Shown here piece after piece: positions 29,187 through 38,823 of a DNA stretch of 64,000 nt. The notes beneath the pieces are model-generated. The model was not told the origin of the DNA. It did no database searches and saw nothing but the letters and a program-made list of their open reading frames with translations. The first letter of the stretch is position 1. Every line of letters starts with the position of its first letter. Origin of the DNA: Candidatus Eiseniibacteriota bacterium (GTDB lineage Bacteria; Eisenbacteria; RBG-16-71-46); contig CAVZLN010000003.1 of the NCBI GenBank assembly GCA_963776245.1, positions 992,001 through 1,056,000 on the forward strand, read 5' to 3'. Made by a program: the position numbers and the translations under genes.

Positions 29187-30926
29187 ATGCCGAAGCTCTA
29201 CCCGGAGTCGTTCCCCGTCGAGTTGAAGAGTGACCGCGCCGGCACGGCCGAGTACGCCGTATACGAAGCGCTCGCCGACGAGCTGGGCGATGGCTGGCTG
29301 GTGATCCACCGCGTACGCTGGCAGGACCGCGGCGGGCGCGGGCCGGCGCGCGACGGCGAGACCGACTTCGTGCTCGCGCATCCCGAGCGCGGCATGCTGG
29401 TGCTCGAGGTGAAGGGCGGCGTGGTCGCGTGCGACCCGGCGAGCGGGAAGTGGTCGAGCACCGACCGTCACGGCGAGACGTTCGAGATCCGCGATCCGTT
29501 CGAGCAGGCGATGGGCTCGTGCCACGCGCTGCGGCGCAAGATCCAGTCGCTCCCCTACTGGCGCGACAAGGAGGTGCCGATCGGTCACGCGGTGGCGCTG
29601 CCCGGGTGCGCCAAGACCGCTTTCGCCGGCGCGACCGCGACGCCCGAGATCATCCTCGACGCCGGCGATCTCACGCGCGCCGCCGAGGCGGTCGAGCGCG
29701 CCTTCGCGTTCTGGCGCCTGAGCCCGGGCGAGGAGTGGCTCCACCACGGACTGCCGCTGCTCGAGCGGCTGTTCGTGCACCGCGAGTTCGCGCGCGTCCC
29801 GATCGGCGTGCGCGTGCTCCAGCACGAGCCCGAGTTCGTGCGCCTCACCGAGACCCAGGCGCGGCTGCTCGACGTGCTGCGCCTGCAGCGCCGCGCGGCG
29901 ATCGCCGGGTGCGCCGGCTCCGGCAAGACCATGCTCGCGGTCGAGAAGGCGCGACGGCTCTCGACCGAGGGCTTCAAGGTGCTGGTCACGTGCTACAACC
30001 GCGCGCTCGCCGAGTTCATCCGCCACCAGTTGCCGGCCACCATCCCGAGCGGCCGCGCCACGGGTGGTCGCGCCGGGCGCGGCGCGGGGCAGATCGACAT
30101 CTTCGGGGGCACGCGCGTGGACGTGGAATCCTTCCACGCGCTCGCCGCCTCGTGGGCCAAGCGCGCCGGCATCGCGCTCCCGGCGGCCGGGCAGGGCGAG
30201 GACGCGCGCCGCTTCTTCGACGAGGCGCTGCCCGAAGCCCTCATGAAAGCGGTGGGCCAGCTGCCGGAGCGCTACGACGCCGTCATCGTGGACGAGGGAC
30301 AGGACTTCAAGCCGGACTGGTGGGTGCCGCTCCAGAGCCTGCTCGCCGAACCCGACGACGGCATCCTCTACGTGTTCTACGACGACAACCAGAGCCTCTA
30401 CACCAGCGGTGCCGCGCTCCCGATCACCACGCCGCCCTACGCCCTCACCCGGAACTGCCGCAACACCCGGCCCATCCACGAGTACGTGGCGCGCTACTAC
30501 CGCGGCGCGCACACCCCCGAGGCCGGCGGGCCGGACGGGCTGCCGGTCGAGCTGCTCGCGTACACCGACGAGCGCGGGCTGCGCGAGCACGTGCGCCGCA
30601 CGCTCCACCGGCTCACCCACGACGAGAACGTGGCCGAGAAGGACATCGTGGTGCTCTCCCCGTTCGGGAAGGCGCGCAGCGCGCTGTGGAAGGACCCGGC
30701 GTTCGGCAATCTCACGCTCACCGACGCCTGGCCGCCCGCACCGGGGTTCATCCAGTGCGAGACCGTGCACGCGTTCAAGGGTCTCGAGCGCGCGGTGGTG
30801 GTGCTGGCGGAGATCGAGGGAGACGCGCGCGCGAAGGCCGAGGAGATGCTCTACGTGGGCGGCTCGCGCGCGAAGAGCCACCTGGTCGTGATCGCCGAAG
30901 CGGGCGCGGCGGCGGAAGCCAGGTAG
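29187..30926 (+). CDS. NERD nuclease domain fused to SF1 (UvrD-like) helicase
   Basis: AEYAVY...GETDFVLAHPERGMLVLEVKGG...PFEQA (NERD); GCAGSGKT; VIVDEGQD; LTRNCRNT; TVHAFKGLE; LYVGGSRA. Confidence 0.9.
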   Translation: MPKLYPESFPVELKSDRAGTAEYAVYEALADELGDGWLVIHRVRWQDRGGRGPARDGETDFVLAHPERGMLVLEVKGGVVACDPASGKWSSTDRHGETFEIRDPFEQAMGSCHALRRKIQSLPYWRDKEVPIGHAVALPGCAKTAFAGATATPEIILDAGDLTRAAEAVERAFAFWRLSPGEEWLHHGLPLLERLFVHREFARVPIGVRVLQHEPEFVRLTETQARLLDVLRLQRRAAIAGCAGSGKTMLAVEKARRLSTEGFKVLVTCYNRALAEFIRHQLPATIPSGRATGGRAGRGAGQIDIFGGTRVDVESFHALAASWAKRAGIALPAAGQGEDARRFFDEALPEALMKAVGQLPERYDAVIVDEGQDFKPDWWVPLQSLLAEPDDGILYVFYDDNQSLYTSGAALPITTPPYALTRNCRNTRPIHEYVARYYRGAHTPEAGGPDGLPVELLAYTDERGLREHVRRTLHRLTHDENVAEKDIVVLSPFGKARSALWKDPAFGNLTLTDAWPPAPGFIQCETVHAFKGLERAVVVLAEIEGDARAKAEEMLYVGGSRAKSHLVVIAEAGAAAEAR

Positions 30927-31089
30927 AACTTGCATCGATCTGTCGAGGATGTCAGCCTTCATCACCCTTGGAGTCCGTCTGGCCCCATGATCGTTCGTTC
31001 CGACGAGAGGTGCCCCGCGTGACGCATCGATGCTCGAATGCACTCCCGCCTTGGCGTCTCAGGCGCGCGGCGGCCGATGGATCGGTCCG

Positions 31090-32628
31090 ATGAGCCGGCA
31101 TTCCCGTTCGCGCCCGGCCGCACCCCGAGCCGCCACGCCGCCCCCACGGCCCGACCGGCCGAACGCCCCGGTCCTGCCGTCGCTCCGGGAGGTCCTCGAC
31201 CCATGGGGACCCTTCTTCATCCCGCTGCTGCTGCTCGCGATCACCCGCTTCGTGGTCTGGGTGCAGATCCCGGGTGGCGCCGAGGACGCGTACATCACGT
31301 ACCGCTTCTCGCGCAATCTCGCCGAGGGACACGGCCTGGTCTACAACCTCGGCGAGCGCGTCATGGGGTTCTCCTCCCCGGTGTGGGTGGTGTGGAACGC
31401 GCTCGGGCAGTGGGTGACTCACCAGCCGCTGCTCTGGTCGCGCGTGACGGCGCTGGGCGCCGACGTGGTCACGCTGCTGATCGTGGGTGCGCTGCTGGTG
31501 CGATCCGCTTCGGTCGCCTCGGCGTGGTGCTTCACCTTCTTCTTCGCGGTCTGGCCTTACTTCGCGAACGTCTCGATGTCGGGCATGGAGAGCTCCCTCA
31601 TGCTCTCGCTCATCCCGCTCTCGGCCGCGCTGGTCGCGGTCCGCTCCCCGGGCGGCGGGGTCGCGCTCGCGGCCCTCGCGCTGGTGCGGCCCGAAGGGGT
31701 GGCGGCGGCGGCCATCGTGGCCATCGGCGCGCGCTGGCGGGAGCGCCTGGTGGCGCTGGCGCTGGCCGCGCTCGGATACGGGGCGCTCGCCGCGTACTTC
31801 GGCACCGTGCTGCCGCAGAGCGTGGTCGCCAAGGCGCTCACGTACGGCACCCTGGGCCCGTGGGCCGGACGCTTCTGGTGGGAGTGGCTCCTCCCGTTCC
31901 CGTTCGGTCGCTGGCCGGACCGCGGCGACACGGCGATGCTGGTGGGGCTGAGCATCCTCATGGCTCCCGGGCTGGTCCTCGGCGTCCGCGCGCTGTGGAA
32001 GGAACGCGGGGGCGCGCTCGCGCTCGCGTCGGCCGCCGCGCTCGCGGTGTGGATCGGGTACTCGTGGCTCGGCGTCGCGTACTTCTGGTGGTACTTCGCC
32101 GTGCCGCTGGGTGGTATCGCCATGGTCGCGGCGGTGGGTGTCCCGCGGCTCGCGCGCGGACCGGCGGTGTACGTCTCGGCCGCGCTCATGGTGGTCGGCA
32201 TGTGGACCATCGCGCAGTCGCTGTACGTCGGTCGCTGGCAGGAGGAATCGCAGAGCTTCGGTCCGGCCGCCCGCTACCTGAGCACGCACGCGCTGCCCGG
32301 CGAGAAGGCGATGCTCGAGCCGATCGGCATGATCGGGTACACCGCGCCCGTGACGGTCGTGGACGAGGTCGGGCTGGTGTCTCCGCGAGTCGCGTTCCGA
32401 CGCCAGCGGGGCGCCGGCTGGTACGCGGACATCGCCACCACCGAGCGGCCGGAGTGGCTGGTGCTCCGCTACGGCTCGGTGCGGACGGGCATCGGGTTCG
32501 CCGGGAGGGGCGCGCCCTTCCGCAGTCCGGCCGAGCGCGACTCGCTGTTCGCGCGCTACCAGATGGTCGACGCGGGCGCCGGGAATCTCAGGGACGAATC
32601 GATCGTGATCCTGCGCCGCGTGCGGTAG
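31090..32628 (+). CDS. GT-C-like multi-pass membrane protein (putative glycosyltransferase)
   Basis: EDAYITYRFSRNLAEGHGLVYNLGERVMGFSSP; SGMESSL; VRPEG; IGMIGY...VDEVGLVSP. Confidence 0.8.
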   Translation: MSRHSRSRPAAPRAATPPPRPDRPNAPVLPSLREVLDPWGPFFIPLLLLAITRFVVWVQIPGGAEDAYITYRFSRNLAEGHGLVYNLGERVMGFSSPVWVVWNALGQWVTHQPLLWSRVTALGADVVTLLIVGALLVRSASVASAWCFTFFFAVWPYFANVSMSGMESSLMLSLIPLSAALVAVRSPGGGVALAALALVRPEGVAAAAIVAIGARWRERLVALALAALGYGALAAYFGTVLPQSVVAKALTYGTLGPWAGRFWWEWLLPFPFGRWPDRGDTAMLVGLSILMAPGLVLGVRALWKERGGALALASAAALAVWIGYSWLGVAYFWWYFAVPLGGIAMVAAVGVPRLARGPAVYVSAALMVVGMWTIAQSLYVGRWQEESQSFGPAARYLSTHALPGEKAMLEPIGMIGYTAPVTVVDEVGLVSPRVAFRRQRGAGWYADIATTERPEWLVLRYGSVRTGIGFAGRGAPFRSPAERDSLFARYQMVDAGAGNLRDESIVILRRVR

Positions 32629-34696
32629 AGAACTCGCTGCGGATGCGATACAGCACCACGGCCGGCGTGCGCAGCACGACGGCGAATTCCGCGGGCGATC
32701 CGTCGAGCTTCGCGATCGCGTCGAACCGCGGATCCGGATTGGGCCGGGCGATCGGATTGTACGGGTGCGTGTGGCGTGCCACTACGAAGAGCGGTGCCCG
32801 CACGGCGCGCAGAACCTTCCAGGTCGAGTCGTTGATGCCGGGCTCGAGGAGCAGGTTGACCACGGCCCGTTCGCGCGCGATCAGGAGGCCGGGCGGGTAG
32901 CCCATCACCGCCGCCGACGCCTTGTCGCTGCCGCCGAACAGGCCCCGGCGCCCCGAGTAGGCGGCCACCGACGACGAGTACGCGTGCTGCAGGTCGATCA
33001 CGATCGCGTCGATGGGCGTGTGGTCCCGCACGTAGTCGAAGACGGCGATCTCATCCGGCGTCTCGGGGTAGCCGGTGTGTCCGGTGTCGCGACTCTGGCG
33101 CGCATACCCGTTGAACAGCAGCAGCGCGCTCGGCAGGAACACGAGCGCCGCCAGTCCCCACGCCGGCGCCCGGCCGCGCCGCCGCGCCACCGCGCTCACC
33201 AGCATGCCGACGCCGGCCGCGGCGAACAGCGCGACGCCGAGATAGCCGAGGTAGACCAGGTACCCCTCGGTCAGCGGCACGGGGGGGCTCAGCACCAGCG
33301 CGAATGCCAGGCAGGCGATCGCGAATCCCAGGCCGAACAGGGCGAGGGCCTTGGAACGCCGCAACACGGCGCCCCATCCCCACAGCGCTGGCAGCATCAC
33401 GACCGACAGGCCCTGCACCAGCGGAGGCAGGTTCGCGGCGTTGAAGTGCAGCCACCGGTGCGAACCGTGCGTCAGGCCGAGGTGGAGCATGTACCACATC
33501 ACCGGCGCCGCCAGGCCCAGACCGGCCGTGACTGCCAGCGCGGCCGCGACCGCGCGACCCCGGCCGTCGGCGGCGAAGGTCGCCAGCCCCAGACCCGCCA
33601 GCACCGCGAGACCGGCGGGCACGCCCACCACCGGGTGGGCGAGGGCGGCGGACATGGCCACCGCCGCGATCGCCACCAACCGGCCCCTCCCGCCTTCACG
33701 CAGGTGGACCGCGACCAGCACGAACGTCGCGATGATCAAGGTGAGCGCCGTGCCGAGTGAATTGGCCGTCAGGTACTTGTTGAGGAACGAACAGAGGACG
33801 AAATAGGAATCCAGGATCAGACCGCCGCACACCTGATTGGCATTGGGATGCAGCACCCAGACCCACAGCCGCTGGTAGAAATCGGCGAACCCACGGTGCT
33901 CCCCGATCAGGGGAGCGATCAGCAGGTGGGTGAAGATCAGCACCCAACCGAGCGCATTCATGCCCAGGGCCACGACGGCCGGTGCGAGGCGCCGGTGCGA
34001 GTTCTCCGTCCAGAAGACCGAAGCGACGCGGAACACGCCGAGAGCCAGCGCCGCCATCATTGCGCCCCCCACCCATGGGAACACCTCGAGCGGCGGGAGC
34101 CCCATCCCCTCCACGAGCGCGGCACCCCAGACGTGGAACTGCCAGATGTAGTTCAACGGCATCCCGGCGCACGAAGGATCCTGCGGTGGGATCCCGCGCA
34201 GTCGGATCTCGTTCACGATCTGCGCGTGGAGCATCGCGTCCCCGTTGTCGCGAACGGCCGGATTGAGGGCGGCGGGAAGCGCAACCAGCAGGGCGAGCGC
34301 ACCGGCGATCAGCCACGCGACCGCGTCCGCCGGCGGACCACCGCGGGTCCGCGGCCGCAGCAACAGGGCCCAGCCGGCGCACAACCCAGCCCAGGCCCAC
34401 AGGAACGCCGGCGCCGGCAGGCCGGCCGCGAAGGCCAGGGTGCGGCCCGCGATCGTGACCGGAACCGACAGGACGAGGCTCGCCATCGCCACTTCCTCGG
34501 CGGTCGTCCCGGCCGAGCGCAACAGACTCTCGGCCAGCAGCCAGCCCGGGATCACCCCCAGAAGCAGGTAGCCGAGCGGGGCGCGCACGGGCGTCGGCAG
34601 ATGCATCTGGGCCGCCGCGGCCGCGAGCAGCGCCACCACGGCCACCGCCCAGGACAGTCGCCCGGGGGCCAGAATGCGAGGCGAGCGAGGATCCAT
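32588..34696 (-). CDS. Multi-pass membrane protein, GT-C-like
   Basis: Many TM segments; DAMLHAQIV...IPPQDPSCAGMPLNYIWQFH; C-terminal YVRDHTPIDAIV...VAAYSGRR; start MDPRSP. Confidence 0.7.
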   Translation of the reverse strand: MDPRSPRILAPGRLSWAVAVVALLAAAAAQMHLPTPVRAPLGYLLLGVIPGWLLAESLLRSAGTTAEEVAMASLVLSVPVTIAGRTLAFAAGLPAPAFLWAWAGLCAGWALLLRPRTRGGPPADAVAWLIAGALALLVALPAALNPAVRDNGDAMLHAQIVNEIRLRGIPPQDPSCAGMPLNYIWQFHVWGAALVEGMGLPPLEVFPWVGGAMMAALALGVFRVASVFWTENSHRRLAPAVVALGMNALGWVLIFTHLLIAPLIGEHRGFADFYQRLWVWVLHPNANQVCGGLILDSYFVLCSFLNKYLTANSLGTALTLIIATFVLVAVHLREGGRGRLVAIAAVAMSAALAHPVVGVPAGLAVLAGLGLATFAADGRGRAVAAALAVTAGLGLAAPVMWYMLHLGLTHGSHRWLHFNAANLPPLVQGLSVVMLPALWGWGAVLRRSKALALFGLGFAIACLAFALVLSPPVPLTEGYLVYLGYLGVALFAAAGVGMLVSAVARRRGRAPAWGLAALVFLPSALLLFNGYARQSRDTGHTGYPETPDEIAVFDYVRDHTPIDAIVIDLQHAYSSSVAAYSGRRGLFGGSDKASAAVMGYPPGLLIARERAVVNLLLEPGINDSTWKVLRAVRAPLFVVARHTHPYNPIARPNPDPRFDAIAKLDGSPAEFAVVLRTPAVVLYRIRSEFSTARGAGSRSIRP

Positions 34697-34877
34697 GATG
34701 ACGAAGCGTACCCACCCGCGGCAGCGATGACAAACCCGTCCAAAGGAACCCCCCGCGTCCACCCCATCGCGCGCGGCGTTGGTCGGGAGTCGCTTGCCGG
34801 CCCCGCGCGGCGCCACGAACCTGCGGTCCGGACATCGCCCACCACCACCCGACCGGGTCCGCAGAGGAGACGCCCTC

Positions 34878-36026
34878 ATGTCGCGAACCGCACGTCTGCA
34901 TCCGATCCTCGCCGCCCTGGTGCTGCTGGGCGCCGCGCACGGCGCCCACGCCAAGGACATCACCCTGCCGCCGAGCGGCGACAACCAGGTGTGTTCGGTC
35001 ACGCAGGGCATCGGGCTGGTGCGCGTCACGGTCGAGTACAGCAGCCCCAACGTGCACGCGCCCGATGGCACGGACCGCAAGGGCCACATCTGGGGCGAGC
35101 TGGTGCCGTACGGCCTCGCCGACCTCGGCTACAACGGCTGCACGCAGTGTCCGTGGCGCGGTGGCGCGAACGAGAACACCGTGTTCACCACGTCGCACCC
35201 GGTCAAGATCGAGGGCCAGACGCTGCCCGCGGGTTCGTACGGCCTGCACTTCATCCCGGGCCGCGACGAGTGGGTGGTCATCTTCTCGAAGGACTCCAAA
35301 GCGTGGGGCAGCTTCTGGTACGACCCGGCCCGGGACCAGCTGCGCGTGACCGTGAAGCCCGCGGCGTGCGAGTACCACGAGTGGCTCACCTACGAGTTCA
35401 CCGACCGCGAGACCGACCATGCGACGGTGGCGCTCGAGTGGGAGAACCTGCAGGTGCCGGTCCGGATCTCGGTGGACGACATGGCGGGCGTGTACGTCGA
35501 GAACCTGAAGGACGAGTTCCGCAACGCTCAGGCCTTCAAGTGGGAGACGTTCATGGACGCCGCCAACTTCTGCCTGCGCAGCAGGGCCCATCTCGACCAG
35601 GGCCTGCTGTGGGCGCAGGAGGCGGTCAGCCGTCCGGGCAATGGCGTCGCGAACTTCCAGACGCTCACCACGCTCGCGCAATTGCAGATCGCCAACGGCC
35701 AGCCCGCGGACGGGGCGAAGACGTTCGATCGCGCGATGGCGCTGCCGGGCACCACTCCGATGGACATCCACGGCGCCGCCCGCACGCTGCAGATGGCGGG
35801 GGACAACCCGGGCGCCAAGCGGCTGTTCCTGCTCAACGCGAAGCGCTTCCCGAACCAGTGGCCCGTGAACGTCGGCCTCGCGCGCGCGAACGCGATCGAC
35901 GGCAGGTTCAAGGAGGCGGTGGCGAGCGCGCGCAAGGCGATGGCACAGGCGCCCGACGAGGGGAATCGCAAGAACCTCGAGAACCTGATCAAGCAGTGGG
36001 AGGCCGCCGGGACACCGAAGCAGTAG
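34878..36026 (+). CDS. Exported DUF2911-domain protein with C-terminal TPRs
   Basis: SVTQGIGLVRVTVEYSSP, IWGELVPYG, PWRGGANENT, LPAGSYGLHFIPG; GAGGAG RBS. Confidence 0.85.
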   Translation: MSRTARLHPILAALVLLGAAHGAHAKDITLPPSGDNQVCSVTQGIGLVRVTVEYSSPNVHAPDGTDRKGHIWGELVPYGLADLGYNGCTQCPWRGGANENTVFTTSHPVKIEGQTLPAGSYGLHFIPGRDEWVVIFSKDSKAWGSFWYDPARDQLRVTVKPAACEYHEWLTYEFTDRETDHATVALEWENLQVPVRISVDDMAGVYVENLKDEFRNAQAFKWETFMDAANFCLRSRAHLDQGLLWAQEAVSRPGNGVANFQTLTTLAQLQIANGQPADGAKTFDRAMALPGTTPMDIHGAARTLQMAGDNPGAKRLFLLNAKRFPNQWPVNVGLARANAIDGRFKEAVASARKAMAQAPDEGNRKNLENLIKQWEAAGTPKQ

Positions 36027-36195
36027 AAGGGACCGCGCGGGCAACCGGCGCGCGCCCGGCGGTGTCTACGTGGTGCGGCTGACGGCGGATGGCTTAAGCT
36101 TCACCCGCAAGATCGCCCGACTGGAATAGCCGGCGCCGTCGCATCGCGGGCGGGCGGCCAGCGCAGGGAATCCGCCCGGAGGCCCCGGATCGCCG

Positions 36196-38634
36196 ATGCG
36201 ACACGCGATGCCCATCGCCCTCGCGATCGCCGCGGTCTGGCGGTTTGCGACGCCCGCGGCCGCGGCGCCGGCCGGCCCGGGCGTCATCATCGGCGAGATC
36301 CGCGCGCAGTCGTCGGGCCTGCCCCTCGCGGCGGTCGAGGTCGTCGTCCGCCGCGCCGCCGACTCCACCGTGGTGGCGCACGCCACGACCACGGAAGACG
36401 GACGCTTCCGCCTCGATGGCCTGCCGCTCGATCGCTACCTGTTCCGCGCGAGCGCGCTCGGCTACCGGCCCTACTCGAGCGCGGACGTCGCGTTGACCGC
36501 CTCGGCGCCCATCGCGGACCTGGGTTCGCTCTCGCTCGCGGTCGCGCCGGTCCCGATTCCAGGCGTCACGACCACGACCGAGCGCGCGACGGTCATCGTG
36601 GCGCCCGATCGGAACATCTACCTGACCAAGGACATGCCGGCGGCCACCGCGGGCACCGCGACCGATGTCCTGCGCACCGTTCCCGAGCTGGAAGTGGACA
36701 TGGACGGCAAGGTCAGCCTGCGGGGCAGCTCGAACGTCACGATCCAGCTCAACGGCCGGCCGGCCCCGATGCGCGGGGACGCGCTGACCACGTTCCTGCG
36801 ACAGTTCCCCGCGAACCGGATCGAACGCGTCGAGGTGATCGCGAACCCGTCCGCCAAGTTCGACCCGGAAGGCACGGCGGGGATCGTCAACATCGTCCTC
36901 AAGGACGGCGCCGATCTCGGACTGAGCGGCAGCGTCGCGCTCAACGCCGGGAACCGTTCGAACGGCGCGACCGGCCGGCTGGCGTATCAGCGCGGCAAGC
37001 TGACGTTCTTCGGCGGGCTGTCGGGCAATCGGAACCGCTCCCACAGCTCGTTCGACGACTTCCGCGAGAACCTGCTGGCCCGGCCGCTCAGCTTCTACCG
37101 GCTGAACTCGACCACCGACTACCGCGGCGGCTTCGCGATGACGGACGCCTCGGTGGAATGGGCGCTCGACAAACGCTCGACGCTCTACGGCTCGTTCAAC
37201 GGCTACCTGAACTCGGGCGACACCGATGGCGCATCCGCCTACGCGCTGCTCGATTCGATCGAGGACGTGACCAGGCGCTACGACCGCGCCAACGACGGTG
37301 GCTGGGATGGGCGCACCGGCAACCTCACGCTCGGCTTCCGGCACGTGGTCCAGGCCGACCGGAACGAGTGGACGGCCGAAGTGAGACAGAACGGTTCGGA
37401 GAACGACAACGACACCCACGCACTGACGCACGTGCTGACCCCGGCCGGCACGCCCGACGAGCGCTCGCTCTCGAGCGGGGCCACCGGGAACCGCGACCGC
37501 GCCGCGCAGCTCGACTTGGCGCATCCGCTCGGCGCGCGGGGCAAGGTCGAGGCCGGCTACCGCGGCTCCGATCGCCGGAGCACCAACCACAGCGCGCTCG
37601 AGTACGTGCCCGGTGACCCGCTCGTGACTCCGCCGGCCAACGATGTCAGCGACTACGTACACCACGAGATCTTCCACTCGGGCTACCTCACCCTGGGCTC
37701 CACCTTCGGCAAGCTCTCGGCGCAGCTCGGCGCGCGCGCCGAGGCCGCCAACACCACGTTCGACGTGACCTCCACCGGGGCGCGCTACGACAACGACTAT
37801 CGAAGCCTGTTCCCGAGCGCGAACGTCGCCTACGACTTCGGCAAGGGCCTGACGGTGCGGTTCGCGTACTCGAAACGCATCGAGCGCGCGTCGGCCGGGT
37901 ACCTGAATCCAGACATGCCTTCGCTCGACACGCTCAATCGCTGGGTGGGCAATCCGTACCTCAGACCGAAGTACACGCACTCGTTCAGCCTCGAAGGCGC
38001 GTGGACCGGATCGCGCGGCTCGGTGCGGCTCTCGCCCTACTATCGCGAGACGGTGGGCAACTGGGACCAGTTCAAGCAGGTGGACGCCAACGGCGTCGCG
38101 ATCACCACCTGGCGCAACGCGGCGTCGGTGCGCCTGTCCGGCGCGAGCCTGACCCTGTCGCTGCGCCAGACCGGCAGGCTCGGAGGCTCGGCGGGCTTCA
38201 CCGGCTACCGCGAGCGGCACGACGCGAGCAACCTGTCGAGCGACTACTTCAACGACTCGTTCCGCTGGTCGGCCAGCGTCAGTCCCATGGTGAAGGCGAC
38301 CGCGGCCCTCGACCTGCAGGGGAGCGTGCGCTTCGCGCCCGCTCAGACGCTCGCCCAGGGGCGGGTCTCATCGCTCATCTTCAGCAATGTCGGCGCGCGC
38401 CTGAAGCTGGGCGCGCACGCGTGGGCCAACCTGTGGGTGAACGATCCCTTCAACCTCTGGCACTACGAGTACTCCACCCGCGATCGCACCCACGCGCAGA
38501 CCAGCTCGAATCGCTACAGCATGCGCTCGGCGATGCTGAGCCTGACCTGGACCTTCGGCAAGCCGCCCGAGCAGAAGCCCCGCCGCCCGGCCGAGGAGCA
38601 GCCCCAGCAGGAGCCGAACGTCCAGATGCACTAG
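36196..38634 (+). CDS. TonB-dependent receptor / outer-membrane beta-barrel with carboxypeptidase-regulatory-like N-domain
   Basis: Signal peptide; TTEDGRFRL; DVLRTVP...VSLRGS; IERVEVIANPSAKFDPEGTAGIVNIVLK; GNPYLRP. Confidence 0.9.
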   Translation: MRHAMPIALAIAAVWRFATPAAAAPAGPGVIIGEIRAQSSGLPLAAVEVVVRRAADSTVVAHATTTEDGRFRLDGLPLDRYLFRASALGYRPYSSADVALTASAPIADLGSLSLAVAPVPIPGVTTTTERATVIVAPDRNIYLTKDMPAATAGTATDVLRTVPELEVDMDGKVSLRGSSNVTIQLNGRPAPMRGDALTTFLRQFPANRIERVEVIANPSAKFDPEGTAGIVNIVLKDGADLGLSGSVALNAGNRSNGATGRLAYQRGKLTFFGGLSGNRNRSHSSFDDFRENLLARPLSFYRLNSTTDYRGGFAMTDASVEWALDKRSTLYGSFNGYLNSGDTDGASAYALLDSIEDVTRRYDRANDGGWDGRTGNLTLGFRHVVQADRNEWTAEVRQNGSENDNDTHALTHVLTPAGTPDERSLSSGATGNRDRAAQLDLAHPLGARGKVEAGYRGSDRRSTNHSALEYVPGDPLVTPPANDVSDYVHHEIFHSGYLTLGSTFGKLSAQLGARAEAANTTFDVTSTGARYDNDYRSLFPSANVAYDFGKGLTVRFAYSKRIERASAGYLNPDMPSLDTLNRWVGNPYLRPKYTHSFSLEGAWTGSRGSVRLSPYYRETVGNWDQFKQVDANGVAITTWRNAASVRLSGASLTLSLRQTGRLGGSAGFTGYRERHDASNLSSDYFNDSFRWSASVSPMVKATAALDLQGSVRFAPAQTLAQGRVSSLIFSNVGARLKLGAHAWANLWVNDPFNLWHYEYSTRDRTHAQTSSNRYSMRSAMLSLTWTFGKPPEQKPRRPAEEQPQQEPNVQMH

Positions 38635-38750
38635 CGCCGCGGGGCGCGGGTGGGAATCGTGTCTTGACCTGTCCCGCGCCGCGGAAGAGACTTGAGCCCG
38701 CATCTCCGAGTCCCGCCTCCTCCGTGTTCCATGACCGGGTTGTCGCGCAC

Positions 38751-38766
38751 TCGGCACGTGGTTCGC
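38751..38766 (+). promoter_or_regulatory. Possible sigma54 (-24/-12) promoter
   Basis: TCGGCACGTGGTTCGC: GG(38753-54)-N10-GC(38765-66), about 58 nt before ATG 38824. Confidence 0.4.
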
Positions 38767-38823
38767 CCTCGGTTCCCTTTCAGGCGCCACATCCCCAGGC
38801 CGTGGCGCGGGAGGCTCCCACTC

